Of a stretch of 64,000 nucleotides of DNA, positions 52,089-62,607 are shown piece by piece (position 1 is the stretch's first letter; each line of letters opens with the position of its first letter). The stretch spans positions 110,786-174,785 of the forward strand of contig CAWDPO010000025.1 in NCBI GenBank assembly GCA_963804165.1. The letters are read 5' to 3'. The position numbers were made by a program, and so were the translations under genes. The notes beneath the pieces are model-generated. The model did not search any database. It was not told the DNA's origin and saw nothing but the letters and a program-made list of their open reading frames with translations. Source of the stretch: an uncultured delta proteobacterium (lineage in GTDB: Bacteria > Desulfobacterota > Binatia > UBA9968).

Positions 52089-52661
52089 TCAGCGCCATTC
52101 GGTCCTGTCCGGGTGGTACACAGCAGTCGTCAGGCGTTTGCCGTTCAAGTGAAAAATCCCGATCAAACGTACCGCGCGCCTCAAGGTCGCGTGCGGCGGC
52201 GAACGGTCCGCCCACTTGATGAAGTCGCGAATTTTTTCGGGGCCTTCCTTGCTCTGAATTTTCACTTCGAAGGTAATTTCCTCGAATCCTTTGTGCTCAT
52301 AGCCTAAATCGTACAGATATTCGCCGCGCCGGTCGAACCAACCGCGCACCTGTTCTTCGAGTGAATCGATTTCGAGGTCGAGCACTCCGGCCGCGCGCCC
52401 CCATTGGGTGAAGTGACTGAAGCCGAATCCCGCCAGGAACGTATGGCCCGGACTCACTCCCTTGCCGAACCCCGTGCTGTGATCGTTCTCGTCGGAAATC
52501 AGCTCTTGATCGCGTATCTTGGTCTTTCCCGAGCAGTTTTCCACCCAGGTGATCGTCACGTTGGGCGTCGAGCGGTAGTCCTTGGGATCCGATTTCTTTG
52601 GCAGCTCCTCGATCGCCTTGTCCAGGTACGCCATTTTTTCTTTGTAAATCTTTATCGCCAT
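52089..52661 (-). CDS. OsmC-like protein lacking both canonical cysteines
   Basis: SDE..GFGKGVSP..FLAGFGFS, GFEEITFEVKIQS, DRSPPHATL. Confidence 0.65.
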   Translation of the reverse strand: MAIKIYKEKMAYLDKAIEELPKKSDPKDYRSTPNVTITWVENCSGKTKIRDQELISDENDHSTGFGKGVSPGHTFLAGFGFSHFTQWGRAAGVLDLEIDSLEEQVRGWFDRRGEYLYDLGYEHKGFEEITFEVKIQSKEGPEKIRDFIKWADRSPPHATLRRAVRLIGIFHLNGKRLTTAVYHPDRTEWR

Positions 52662-52685
52662 CGTCGCCTCCGTTGATGATTGAGA

Positions 52686-53475
52686 TTATAGCCTCACCCG
52701 CCATTCTTGTTCTCCGCCCTGTTCATTTTGTTCGAGCCACTGCAGCGCCTCGATGTGCTGCCCCGTCGTCCCACGCCCGTCCTGCAATGCCAGAAACAGC
52801 GCTGGTGGAACCATCATCTCCGGTTTCACGTAAATCGTTGCCGGATGCGCTGCTGATGAGTTCCCGTTTTGACTCATCCGTTAAAACCGAGTGCCTGCCG
52901 GGCGACAACGAGTTCACCGCAATATTTAACTCGCCGAATTCCAGCGCCAGAGATTGGGTAAGGCCCTCAAGTCCAAACTTTGATGCACAGTATGGCGATC
53001 TTCCCGCCATTCCCCGTTTGCCGCCGCCGGCGGAAATATTGATGATGCTGGCGCTGCCATTTTGCATAAGCGGTAGAAGTTTCTTGATACATAGAAACGG
53101 TCCGCGTAAGTTCACGGCGACCACGCTGTCCCAATCTTCGATCGTTAACTCCGTCAAAGGAATGGTATAGCTGTCTTTTCGGCCCAACTGGTTCATTCTT
53201 AACGCCGCATTGTTGACCAAAACTTCGAGATGGCCAAACTCCCCGGCAACAGCATCGGCGACCCGCTGCACATCGTCGGCGCGTGATACGTCAGCACTGA
53301 TCGCGAGCGCCTTGGTTCCAAGTTTTCTTGCTTCGTTCGCAAATTCCTCGATTTCAGCCGCGGTCCTTGAGACAGCCACGACATTCGCTCCCGCGCGCGC
53401 GAAGCCGACCGCGATGGCTCTGCCGATCCCTCGACCTGCTCCGGTGATCAATGCCACTTTTTTATCGAGCCGCAT
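52686..53475 (-). CDS. Short-chain dehydrogenase/reductase (C-terminal frameshift)
   Basis: TGAGRGIG, NNAA, YCASK. Confidence 0.88.
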
Positions 53476-53483
53476 CGTCGCAC

Positions 53484-54596
53484 CTAGCGGGCAAAAAACC
53501 GCCGCGCGTTGTCGCTGAGAATTTGTCTTTTCACTTTGTCGTCCAAATCGCTGCGTTGCTGAAATTTTTGAAAAGAGTTCGGATGGCTTTCTGAATGAGG
53601 CATGTCCGAGCCCAACATGATCCGATCCGGACCGATGATCTTCAAGGTCTCGCTTAAATCCTCATCCTCTTCGCAGATCATATAGATGTTGCCGTCGCGA
53701 AGGATCTCGCTCGGCTTGGTTTTTGAATGGCCGAACCCCGGGTCATTTCTAAATATGCCGGTGCCCATGCGCCAGTAGGAGTCCATGACGTGAACCAGCC
53801 ACGGCAGCCACTCCACGCCCGCTTCGGCGAAAGCAAAGCGTAAGCGGGGAAAACGTTCGGCGACGCCGGTGCCGACGATGGCGAGAAACCCCATCAGCAG
53901 GGAAGCGCGGTTTGAAAATGCGATCGACATAAAAAGATTTTCGAAAAGACCGGTAAATGCCGGGCTCTCGAAACCGATATGAACGTAAACCGGGATGTTC
54001 GTCTTTTCCGCTTCCGCCCAGAACGGATCAAACTGACGGCCGTCGAGAAGCTTGTCCCCAGCCATGCCGTGAATCTCCGCGGCGGCGGCGCCGAGCTGGG
54101 CGACTCGTCGTAATTCCGCGACGGACTTTTCGATGTCCGTGAGACGAAGCATCGCGTTCCAGCGCAATCGACCGCCGCTACGAGCGCAAACTTCATTGAT
54201 CCAACTGTTGTAAGAATGGCACAGGGCATATTCGAATGCGACGTCGGGCGTGAGAGTCGCGTTGAGCAATGTTGAATTGACGATCTGAGTTTCGATACCG
54301 AATCGATCCAGGTCTCTGAGTCTCGCTTCGATGTCGGTCAGTTCCTGGCTGCCGATCGAAAAAGGCTTTTCGCGCGCATGGCGCGAAGTTGCCGGCGTGC
54401 CGAACAACGATAGTCCTTTTCCGGAAGTGCGCGGCACCACCGCACCGTCGATCAGCCAGAAGGAATTTTGCCCGAGCAGCGCCGGCTGATCTTCCAAGGT
54501 GATCGGCACCGGCTTGCGCCGCGCAAAATACGGGTCCAAATATTTCCACGTCTCTATGGATTCTTCGACATGCGCATCCACATCAAAGTTCCCCAT
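53484..54596 (-). CDS. Amidohydrolase family 2 protein
   Basis: DVDAH, VHIG, EAGVEW, GSDMPH. Confidence 0.87.
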   Translation of the reverse strand: MGNFDVDAHVEESIETWKYLDPYFARRKPVPITLEDQPALLGQNSFWLIDGAVVPRTSGKGLSLFGTPATSRHAREKPFSIGSQELTDIEARLRDLDRFGIETQIVNSTLLNATLTPDVAFEYALCHSYNSWINEVCARSGGRLRWNAMLRLTDIEKSVAELRRVAQLGAAAAEIHGMAGDKLLDGRQFDPFWAEAEKTNIPVYVHIGFESPAFTGLFENLFMSIAFSNRASLLMGFLAIVGTGVAERFPRLRFAFAEAGVEWLPWLVHVMDSYWRMGTGIFRNDPGFGHSKTKPSEILRDGNIYMICEEDEDLSETLKIIGPDRIMLGSDMPHSESHPNSFQKFQQRSDLDDKVKRQILSDNARRFFAR

Positions 54597-54750
54597 TGAC
54601 CGATCTCCTCAATTCTCGTGTTTTCCCATCAGTGGCGGCGAACCCAGCGGTGCTGAAACAGACCGTTTCGGACGAGAGACCGATTGCAGAAGTTGCGAGA
54701 AATTCGCGGGCACCACTATTAACCAATCCGTGGGTGACCGGCTCTTTCAC

Positions 54751-55752
54751 TCACACCGTTGCCGAATCTTCATGCGTCCGCAGGAAATTCTCCCATGCCG
54801 AGCGCGACGGGGCGACTTTTTCTTGCAGTTTCTGCTTGCCGCCTTCGCTTATTGGTGTGAAGTTGAGCGCGGCTTGGACGTTTTGTTCCAGGGGCGCCAG
54901 TTGTTCGCAGCCGATGACGACGCTGGCGACGGGCTGGCTCAAGTTGAATTGTAAAAGTTCAGCGGGGGAGGCGCGGCCGGCGCCGGTGCCGACGAGCATG
55001 CCTTGGCCCATGACTTTCATCGACAGGATGCCCATGTTCTTCTGCAACGCGACTGGTAAGGCGGATTGCTCGAAGGCGGGAATCGGTGCCATTTTGCGTT
55101 GCGCAATCGGGTTGGCGGATTGCGCTGCGTTGAGCGACATCAAGACCGTGTCGAAGTCGTGGCGGCGCAGCGCTTCGGTCATCGCCGCGCCGTCGTTGTG
55201 GCCGGTGATGCCGATAAAGCGCGCGACTTTCTGCTCTTTCAATTGCTGGATGGCGGCGAGCACGCCGTCCGGGCTACCGAGGCGATCAAGATCGGCAAGG
55301 TTGCTCAAGCTGTGGATTTGGATCAGATCGACGTAGTCGGTTTGCAGGTATTTTAAACTCACCTCCACCGAGCGCAGCGCGCCGTCGCGGTCTCGGGGAT
55401 CGATCTTGGTGGCGAGGAAGATTTCTTTGCGGCGCGACTTGATAAACTCGCCAAGCCGTTTTTCGCTTAATCGCTCGATCGGACGCCGCGTGTACGAGCC
55501 GGCGGTGTCGAAGTAATTGACGCCGAAGTTGAAGGCTCGCTCGAGCAGAGCTTGGGCCGCGTCTTCACTCTCGATGGAGCAGAACCGGGTGCCGGAGCCG
55601 AAGCCGATGCAGGAAACCATTTCGCCGGTTTTGCCCAGGCGGCGTTTCGGCAGGGTGGTTGGAGTGGCACCGAAGGAGTTTTTTGCCGCGCCCAGAATGA
55701 CGGCGGCCGTGGTAGTTTTCAGAAATTCGCGACGGGACCAACGAGTTTTCAT
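54751..55752 (-). CDS. Aldo/keto reductase with a twin-arginine signal
   Basis: SRREFLK, FDTAGSY, ATK, LQTDYVDLIQIH. Confidence 0.88.
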   Translation of the reverse strand: MKTRWSRREFLKTTTAAVILGAAKNSFGATPTTLPKRRLGKTGEMVSCIGFGSGTRFCSIESEDAAQALLERAFNFGVNYFDTAGSYTRRPIERLSEKRLGEFIKSRRKEIFLATKIDPRDRDGALRSVEVSLKYLQTDYVDLIQIHSLSNLADLDRLGSPDGVLAAIQQLKEQKVARFIGITGHNDGAAMTEALRRHDFDTVLMSLNAAQSANPIAQRKMAPIPAFEQSALPVALQKNMGILSMKVMGQGMLVGTGAGRASPAELLQFNLSQPVASVVIGCEQLAPLEQNVQAALNFTPISEGGKQKLQEKVAPSRSAWENFLRTHEDSATV

Positions 55753-55833
55753 AATAGCTCCTTTCTGTTCGCAGCAGAGGATTGTGCCGCGGTCATCATA
55801 ACCCGATTCAAGACGGGCACGTCAATACTTTTC

Positions 55834-55938
55834 TCACACGCTTTCGGCGAACTGCGCGACGATCACATGCGGCACGGCGACCAGTGGAATGAGCATGGGC
55901 GCCGTGATGAACGGCACGTACCAGAGCGGAAATTCCAT
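55834..55938 (-). pseudogene. 34-codon fragment resembling a cytochrome bd subunit I-like N-terminus
   Basis: MEFPLWYVPFITAPMLIPLVAVPHVIVAQFA followed by a premature stop. Confidence 0.45.
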
Positions 55939-55998
55939 GATAGACCCACTTTAAGCTAATGAATCATAAAGCTGATGACAACTAGGTGGGCGCGCGAT

Positions 55999-57611
55999 TT
56001 ATGTGAGGTTAAGCCACAACGCAGGAGTGACGAGATCGTGAGTTTTGCGCCGGCCGCGTCGTCGGCGTTTCCGACCGCCGTCTGGGTCAGGAATCCATGG
56101 TGATCGGTTTGAGCGGCGCCGGGGCTCTCCCCGCATTCGCCGCCACCAGGGAGTGATCAAGGGTAAGGCGAATATCAAGACCGCTAAGAACGTAATTGCG
56201 GCGGAAATCGGACGCATGAAAAAAATCGCCAGCGATCCTTGGGACATGATCAAGCTTTGACGCAGGGCGCTCTCGGCCAAATCTCCCAGGACGAGAGCCA
56301 GCACCAAAGGTGCGAGCGGGTAGTCAAGCTTTTTGAAGACATAGCCAATGATACCAAAGAGACCATGAGCCAGATGTCGAGCATGCTATTGTGCACGGCG
56401 TATGAGCCGATGGCGCATACGACGATGATGAGCGGGGTGAGGATCGCGAAAGGGATGCGCAGGATCGCGGCAAAGAATGGAACGAAAGCGAGCACCATGA
56501 GCACGCCGATGATATTCCCCGTGTACATGCTTGCAATTAGGCCCCAAACAAAATCAGGTTTTTCCGTGAACAGGAGGGGGCCTGGTTGCAATCCCCAAAT
56601 GATCAGGCCGCCGAGCATGACCGCAGCCGTGGGCGAACCGGGGATGCCGAGCGTGATCATCGGCAAGATCGCGGCGACTCCAGCCGCGTGAGCCGCGGTT
56701 TCCGGCGCGACCACGCCTTCGATCTCCCCTTTGCCGAAATTGTCGGGGTTTTTCGAAAAGCGTTTTGCGAATGCGTAGCTCATAAATGACGCCGGTGTGG
56801 CGCCGCCGGGTTTAAATCCCATCCAAAAGCCGATCATCGAGCTGCGCACGAAAGTGCGCCAGAAGCGAGGTAAAATTTTCCAGGTATGGAAAACCACGCG
56901 GAGATTCACACCGACTTTGGCGCCCCTGAACGTCAGCCCCTCTTCGACACTTAACAGAATCTCGCCGATGCCGAACAAGCCGATGACCGCGATGATGAAA
57001 TCAAATCCTTTCATGAGGCCGGTGTAGCCAAAGGTCAAGCGCAATTGGCCGGTGACAATGTCAAGACCGACCGTGGCCAGAATAAAGCCAATCAGGATGG
57101 CCACGACGGTCTTCAACGGATTGCCGCCGCCCAAGCCGACGAAACTCGAGAAGGTGAGAAGTTGAATGGCGAAAAATTCCGGCGGACCAAATCTGAGCGC
57201 GACTTCGGCGAGTAACGGCGCAAAGAAGGTAATTAACACGATCGAGAAAAGCGCGCCGACGAACGAGGAGGTAAAAGCAGCGGTGAGCGCTTGTCCGCCA
57301 TCGCCCCTGCGCGCCATCGGATAACCGTCGAAAGTGGTCGCAACGGACCATGGCTCTCCGGGTATGTTAAAAAGGATGGACGTGATCGCGCCGCCGAACA
57401 GAGCGCCCCAATAGATCGACGTCAAGAGAATGATGCCGGAGGTGGGCGGCATCGTAAAGGTGAGCGGCAAGAGGATCGCTACTCCGTTGGCGCCACCGAG
57501 GCCCGGCAACACGCCGATGATCGTGCCGAGCAGAATGCCGATCACGGCCACCAACAAGTTGAAAGGCGTGACCGCGACCTGGAATCCAAGCCAGATGTTT
57601 TCAACGCCCAT
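55999..57611 (-). CDS. tctA: Tripartite tricarboxylate transporter large permease (frameshifted; true 3' end uncertain)
   Basis: GVLPGLG, NIPGEP, DGYPMA, GIPGS, GLQPGP; C-terminus in another frame. Confidence 0.9.
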
Positions 57612-57614
57612 CGA

Positions 57615-58074
57615 TCAATATCCCAGCCATGCTTCCAGCGGTCCTTTTGGCATCGGCACGAAGAACCATTTTTCAAAAATCAAAAAAGTGACCAGAGGAA
57701 TGCCCAACGATAGCGCAATGACAGCGGCCCAAGAGTGGCGTCCGACCCAGCGCATATAAAACCCCATATAGAGCGCGGATGCGACATAAAGCCCGAGCCA
57801 CTGCATGAGCGCGACAGCCACGACGGCGGGCCAAAGGACTTTGAGGACCGGCTGCAGCTTCTCCCGCTCAACAAACCTGGGGCGGGTCGCTTTGCGCGCT
57901 TGCTGCGCCACAGTGATAGCGCAACAAACCACCATGATGAGCGCGAGCCAAAAGGGAAAAAACCGCTCTTCGGCCCGTCCATTCCCCAGCCGACGCCAAG
58001 GCGCATCGCGTCGACGATAACGAGGCCGCCGAAGAAAATAGGATCGACGCAGTGATGATATCCGCGGCGCGCAT
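57615..58074 (-). CDS. tctB: TctB small permease (several frameshifts)
   Basis: GVGWGMDGPKSGFFPF, FEKWFFVPMPKG; lies between tctC and tctA. Confidence 0.82.
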
Positions 58075-58075
58075 G

Positions 58076-59071
58076 CTAGTTTTTCAGCAGGCCGCCTTTC
58101 GCCATGAGCTCGCGGTGGAGCTTCTCGTTTTCGTCGACCCATTTGACGTACTCGGCGCCGGTTACGAACGCGGGCTTCAAAGCGCCATCGGCGAGATATT
58201 TTTTAAAGTCAGCCGTTTCATAGACCTTTTTTAAGAAGTCTACGTGCCACGTCACGGCATCCTTGGGAATGTCCGGCGCGCCGAAGATGCCGCGCAGCAT
58301 GAGATAGTGAATATCGGCACCGAGGGCTTCCTTGATGGTCGGAATCTCTTTCCAGTCCGGCGCCGAAATTCTCGCCGTATCGAACACGCCCAGCGGCCGT
58401 ACTCTTCCGGCCTTCGAGTGGCTCACGCATTCAGCGGGATTGTTGACGGTCGAATCGACATGTTTGCCGACCAGATTGACGCAAACCTCGCCGCCGCCTT
58501 TGAACGGGACGTAGGTGAATTTCACTCCCAGAGCCTGTTCGAGCTGGATCGTGATGATCTGGTCTTCCTGTGCCGAGCCCGTGCCTCCCATCTTCATGCG
58601 ATTGCCTCCCCCCGATCGTTCCTTTACCGCCGCGACGTAGTCTTTGGCGGTTTTGTAGGGTGTTTCGGCGTTGACCCAGAGAATGAACTGATCCAGCGCC
58701 ATGCGCGCGAGCGGAGTCAAATCTTTCCAGTTGAAGGGCACGCCGGTGTGCAGCGGGGTGGTGAAGAGATTTGACAGCGTGATGATGATGACGTGGGGGT
58801 CGCCTTTCTTTTCTTTGACGTAGAGAAAACCTTCGGCGCCGGCGCCGCCGGATTTATTGACCGCGATGAGCGGGTGCGGCGACAGTTTGTTTTTTTCCGC
58901 GATGCCGGAGATCAGTCGCGCCATTTGATCGGCGCCCCCGCCCGTGCCGGCGGGTATGACGAATTCAATGGGTTTTGTCGGCTCCCAAGCAGCGGCGGGT
59001 CCGCTGAAAATAGCCGATCCGAACAACAACGCTGTCGAAAACAGCGCAAGAAATCGTACGACGTGGGTCAT
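58076..59071 (-). CDS. tctC: TctC/Bug substrate-binding protein
   Basis: PTKPIEFVIPAGTGGGAD, NKSGGAG, VPFKGGG. Confidence 0.9.
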   Translation of the reverse strand: MTHVVRFLALFSTALLFGSAIFSGPAAAWEPTKPIEFVIPAGTGGGADQMARLISGIAEKNKLSPHPLIAVNKSGGAGAEGFLYVKEKKGDPHVIIITLSNLFTTPLHTGVPFNWKDLTPLARMALDQFILWVNAETPYKTAKDYVAAVKERSGGGNRMKMGGTGSAQEDQIITIQLEQALGVKFTYVPFKGGGEVCVNLVGKHVDSTVNNPAECVSHSKAGRVRPLGVFDTARISAPDWKEIPTIKEALGADIHYLMLRGIFGAPDIPKDAVTWHVDFLKKVYETADFKKYLADGALKPAFVTGAEYVKWVDENEKLHRELMAKGGLLKN

Positions 59072-59357
59072 GGTAACCTCCTTTGTCCGTTGGGAACTTT
59101 GCTCGTTCAAGCCGCAAAAAGGTCTGGCTGAAAAGCATTCAGTCGGACCGTTATCTAGCATCGCTCTCGAACCTCCAGCGTGAAGACGCTGTCATCCCTT
59201 CTACGCCGAACGGCTTATATAGGGGAGCAAAATACTTGTCAACCACTGCCAATCTTAGCCAGACGGGTGAAAAAGATCGATTTCATTCTGCGACAAACCT
59301 CAGTGAGAAATTTTTCACGAGTCTGGCGCGTCGAAGGGTCTGTCTAAACGGCCCGGC

Positions 59358-59398
59358 TTGACAACCCCCCGGAGATTCGATAGAAACTGGTCAGACCA
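59358..59398 (+). promoter_or_regulatory. Sigma70 promoter with a FadR-family operator at the predicted start site
   Basis: TTGACA-17 bp-TAGAAA, then the palindrome TGGTCAGACCA (59388-59398). Confidence 0.72.
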
Positions 59399-59417
59399 CC
59401 AGACAACCGGACCTACT

Positions 59418-60158
59418 ATGCTCAAAGCTATCAGAAAGATCCGTATACATGAAGAAGTCTTCAGCCAGATCCATCAACTGATCAAGGACGGCAGACTCAA
59501 GGCGCGTGACCAGCTTCCCTCGGAGCGCGAGCTGGCCGAGACTTTCAAAGTTAGCCGGACCTCGGTTCGCGAAGCGCTGCGCGCCTTGGAATCTCAGGGG
59601 CTCATCGTCAGCAGAACCGGCATGGGCAATTTCGTCGTCGATCTTCCCGTCGAGGCTCTGGTGGGGCCGCTCGCCCGAATGCTGATCGACGAGAAAACGG
59701 CGCTCGCGGATGTCTTCGAGTTGCGCAAGCTTATCGAACCGCATATCGCCGCGCTCGCTGCCGAGCGCGCAACCGAGAGAGATATCGCGCAGTTGAAAAA
59801 GATCGTCGCCAAACAAACCGAGGCGGTAAGCCGCGGCGAGACCGGAGTCGACGCTGACGCTGAATTGCACCTGTGCATCAGCCGCGCCACGCAAAACCAG
59901 GCGCTGCAGAAGTTGGTTTTCGGGTTGATGGAAATGCTCAGCCGCAGCCGGGAAGAGTCGCTGCAGACGGCTGAGCGGCGAAAGGCATCCATCGATACTC
60001 ACCGTAAGATCGTCGCCGCGATTGAAAAGCATGACCGCATCAAGGCGCGCAAAGAAATGCAATTGCATATCGAGCAGGTCGAAGCGAGCGTCTTGCCGTC
60101 CAGCCGCGCACAAAAAAGCCAGCGTAATGAGGTCACTAAAGAGAGGAGGGTTTCATGA
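59418..60158 (+). CDS. GntR/FadR-family regulator (PdhR/LutR-like)
   Basis: LPSERELAETFKVSRTSVREAL HTH; FCD domain. Confidence 0.92.
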   Translation: MLKAIRKIRIHEEVFSQIHQLIKDGRLKARDQLPSERELAETFKVSRTSVREALRALESQGLIVSRTGMGNFVVDLPVEALVGPLARMLIDEKTALADVFELRKLIEPHIAALAAERATERDIAQLKKIVAKQTEAVSRGETGVDADAELHLCISRATQNQALQKLVFGLMEMLSRSREESLQTAERRKASIDTHRKIVAAIEKHDRIKARKEMQLHIEQVEASVLPSSRAQKSQRNEVTKERRVS

Positions 60159-61354
60159 TCAAACGCGTAGAGGTCAACTATCGAGGTATCTTTCAGAAGA
60201 ACCTCGGCAAAAAGATCGGCAGCGACATTGTCATGATCGCCAGCCGGATGGGCCAGAAAGCCTTTTCCAACGGGCGCTACAGCGATTCGCCGGAAAGAAA
60301 CGGCATCCCGTGCAAATATTTCGCTTTCGTTTCGCCGGATCTTGCCGAGGAAGAACTGGAAGCGGAATGCGGCGCCAAGCTCGAGATCGACGAGGCCAAC
60401 ATCTCCGTCGTCTTGGACGACACGATGTGCAAGGGTGTCGAGCCGTGGGGATGGCACGGTATCCGCCCGATCAATGAAAGGGTGGTCAAGGACGGCTGCC
60501 TGCTGGTGGTGTCCAAGAAAACACCGGAAGAGCTGCTAAAGTTCATCGGCAAGAAGCCGTACAACTATCGCATCGCGATCCTCGACGGCGACGCCAGTCT
60601 CGCGGGACTTTGGGTCAACAAGGATGACATGACCCATGAGCACATCTTGGGCGGCATCGCGGCCATCGATCCGACGCTGATCAGCATCGAGGCGGTTGAA
60701 GCTTATCTGATGGACAAGACAAAGCAGAAGCACCGTGCTGAGGCCGCGCGCGCGGCCTTCGAGTCGCTCAGGCAGGAGGCTAAGCCTCCTAGAGTAACGA
60801 CCGTGACACCCGAAGACGGAATCGTGTGGATGCATGAGATACCCGTGCTGCCCAAGTGGTTCGAGATGCAAGAGGGAGCTGTAGTTCCGGCTGTGAAGCG
60901 CGGTTTCGAAATGGGTCCGAGGGGACAAAACAGAAACCCCAGCTTCAAGCGCGGCACGACCAAGACGCAGAGACCCGCGGTCAGGTTCGATCTCTGCACC
61001 AAGTGCACGCTCTGCTGGGTCGAGTGCCCGGACGAGTGTTTCGACCCAACCACGGACGGCTTATACGACATCGACTATCAGTATTGCGTCGGTTGCGGCA
61101 AATGCGCTCAAGTATGTCCGGTCAAAGAATGCATCGTCATGGTGGATGAGCTCCAATTCAAGGACGACTCGAGTCCGTGGGAACACTGGAAAAGGGATTC
61201 CAACGACTACATTCAGTGGGTCGAGGACAAAAAGGGCAAAGACCGGGTTTCTTACCCTTTCGTCACCGGCAAGGGTATTACCGTTACTCAGGGAGATGTG
61301 ATGCCCGAGGGCAAGATAGTGCCCGTCAGAAAAACCGAGGAGGTCGAAGTATGA
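60155..61354 (+). CDS. 2-oxoacid:ferredoxin oxidoreductase fused gamma/delta subunit (OorD-like)
   Basis: YSDSPERNGIP; CTKCTLCWVECP and CVGCGKCAQVCP. Confidence 0.85.
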   Translation: MIKRVEVNYRGIFQKNLGKKIGSDIVMIASRMGQKAFSNGRYSDSPERNGIPCKYFAFVSPDLAEEELEAECGAKLEIDEANISVVLDDTMCKGVEPWGWHGIRPINERVVKDGCLLVVSKKTPEELLKFIGKKPYNYRIAILDGDASLAGLWVNKDDMTHEHILGGIAAIDPTLISIEAVEAYLMDKTKQKHRAEAARAAFESLRQEAKPPRVTTVTPEDGIVWMHEIPVLPKWFEMQEGAVVPAVKRGFEMGPRGQNRNPSFKRGTTKTQRPAVRFDLCTKCTLCWVECPDECFDPTTDGLYDIDYQYCVGCGKCAQVCPVKECIVMVDELQFKDDSSPWEHWKRDSNDYIQWVEDKKGKDRVSYPFVTGKGITVTQGDVMPEGKIVPVRKTEEVEV

Positions 61355-62592
61355 GTGTCGCAGTCGCAAAAGCCAAATCAGATCAATCAGGGGTATACGA
61401 GCGGGAAGATCTTTTAAACGGCTGCCAGGCCGTCGCCCAAGGCGTGTGTCTCGCCGACGTGGATGTGATCGCCGCTTATCCGATCCGTCCCTACACCGAA
61501 GTGATGGACGCCCTCTCGAAGCTGATCGCCGACGGGAAATTCGACGCCGAGTATATCATCGCCGACAGCGAGCATTCCCAGTTCGAGATCGTCAAGCACG
61601 CCAGCTCGGTGAACGCGCGCGCCTTCGGCGGTTCGAGCGGCACGGGCTGGATGTACGGTATGGAAGCGCTGGTCGTTACCGCGACCGACCGTCTTCCGCC
61701 TCTTTTCGTGGTCGGCAACCGCGCTTTGGATGATCCCGGCGCTTTCGGCGTCGAGCACAACGACGCGATGTCGGTCCGCGACATGGGCTGGCTTCTCTGC
61801 TGGGTCACGACGCCGCAGGAGGCGCTCGAGCACGTGCTGATCGGCTACCGCATCGCCGAGGACAAGACAGTCAGGATGCCGATGGGATTGGCGATGGACG
61901 GCGCCTTTCTCACCCACTCGCAACACATGGTCAAAATCCCATCGGTGGAGGCGGCGAAGAAATTCCTGCCGCAGTACGATCTCGCTGAGCGCCGGCTCCA
62001 TCCCGACAACCCGATCTCGGTCGCGCCGCAGGCCAACGAGGATTGGGTCATGGAGATCCGCAGGCAAAATTGGGAAGCCGCCAAGCGGGCGCGCGGTGTC
62101 ATCAAGGATGCTTATAAAGAATTCAACGATATTTTCGGCGATCGCTACGCCGCGCCTTACTATTTCGACGAGTTCATGACCGAGGACGCGGAAGCGGTCC
62201 TGATCGGCGTTGGTACGGTGGCGGCTCCGGCGCGCACGGCGGTCAGGCGCTTGCGCGAGAAGGGACAGAAGGTCGGCTACGTGAATCTGCGCTGGTTCCG
62301 GCCCTTCCCGACGGTGGAGCTGCGCGAGTCCCTGAGCCGCTTTAAAGCGGTCGGCGTCGTCGACAGGGACTTCGCTCACGGCTCGCCCGACAATTGCGGC
62401 ATCTTGATGCACGAAGTCCGATCCTGCCTCTATCCGGCGAAGAACCGGCCGGCGATCGTTAATTTCATGGGTGGTTTGGGCGGGCGCGATCTGTCGATCG
62501 CCGACGCTCAGAAGATGTTCGAAATCACCCAACAGGCGGCGAAGAAAGATTCCCTGGATGAATACATAACCTGGATCGGCCTAAGAGAGTAA
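61351..62592 (+). CDS. 2-oxoacid:ferredoxin oxidoreductase alpha subunit (oxalate oxidoreductase-like)
   Basis: ADVDVIAAYPIRPYT, SEH, NRALDDPGAFGVEH, FRPFP, GLGGRD. Confidence 0.88.
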   Translation: MSVAVAKAKSDQSGVYEREDLLNGCQAVAQGVCLADVDVIAAYPIRPYTEVMDALSKLIADGKFDAEYIIADSEHSQFEIVKHASSVNARAFGGSSGTGWMYGMEALVVTATDRLPPLFVVGNRALDDPGAFGVEHNDAMSVRDMGWLLCWVTTPQEALEHVLIGYRIAEDKTVRMPMGLAMDGAFLTHSQHMVKIPSVEAAKKFLPQYDLAERRLHPDNPISVAPQANEDWVMEIRRQNWEAAKRARGVIKDAYKEFNDIFGDRYAAPYYFDEFMTEDAEAVLIGVGTVAAPARTAVRRLREKGQKVGYVNLRWFRPFPTVELRESLSRFKAVGVVDRDFAHGSPDNCGILMHEVRSCLYPAKNRPAIVNFMGGLGGRDLSIADAQKMFEITQQAAKKDSLDEYITWIGLRE

Positions 62593-62607
62593 ATAGGAGA
62601 AACCATT

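Noticed and set aside
54751-55752. Tat-signal aldo/keto reductase as a novelty
   Set aside because: Twin-arginine-leader AKRs are a commonly annotated group
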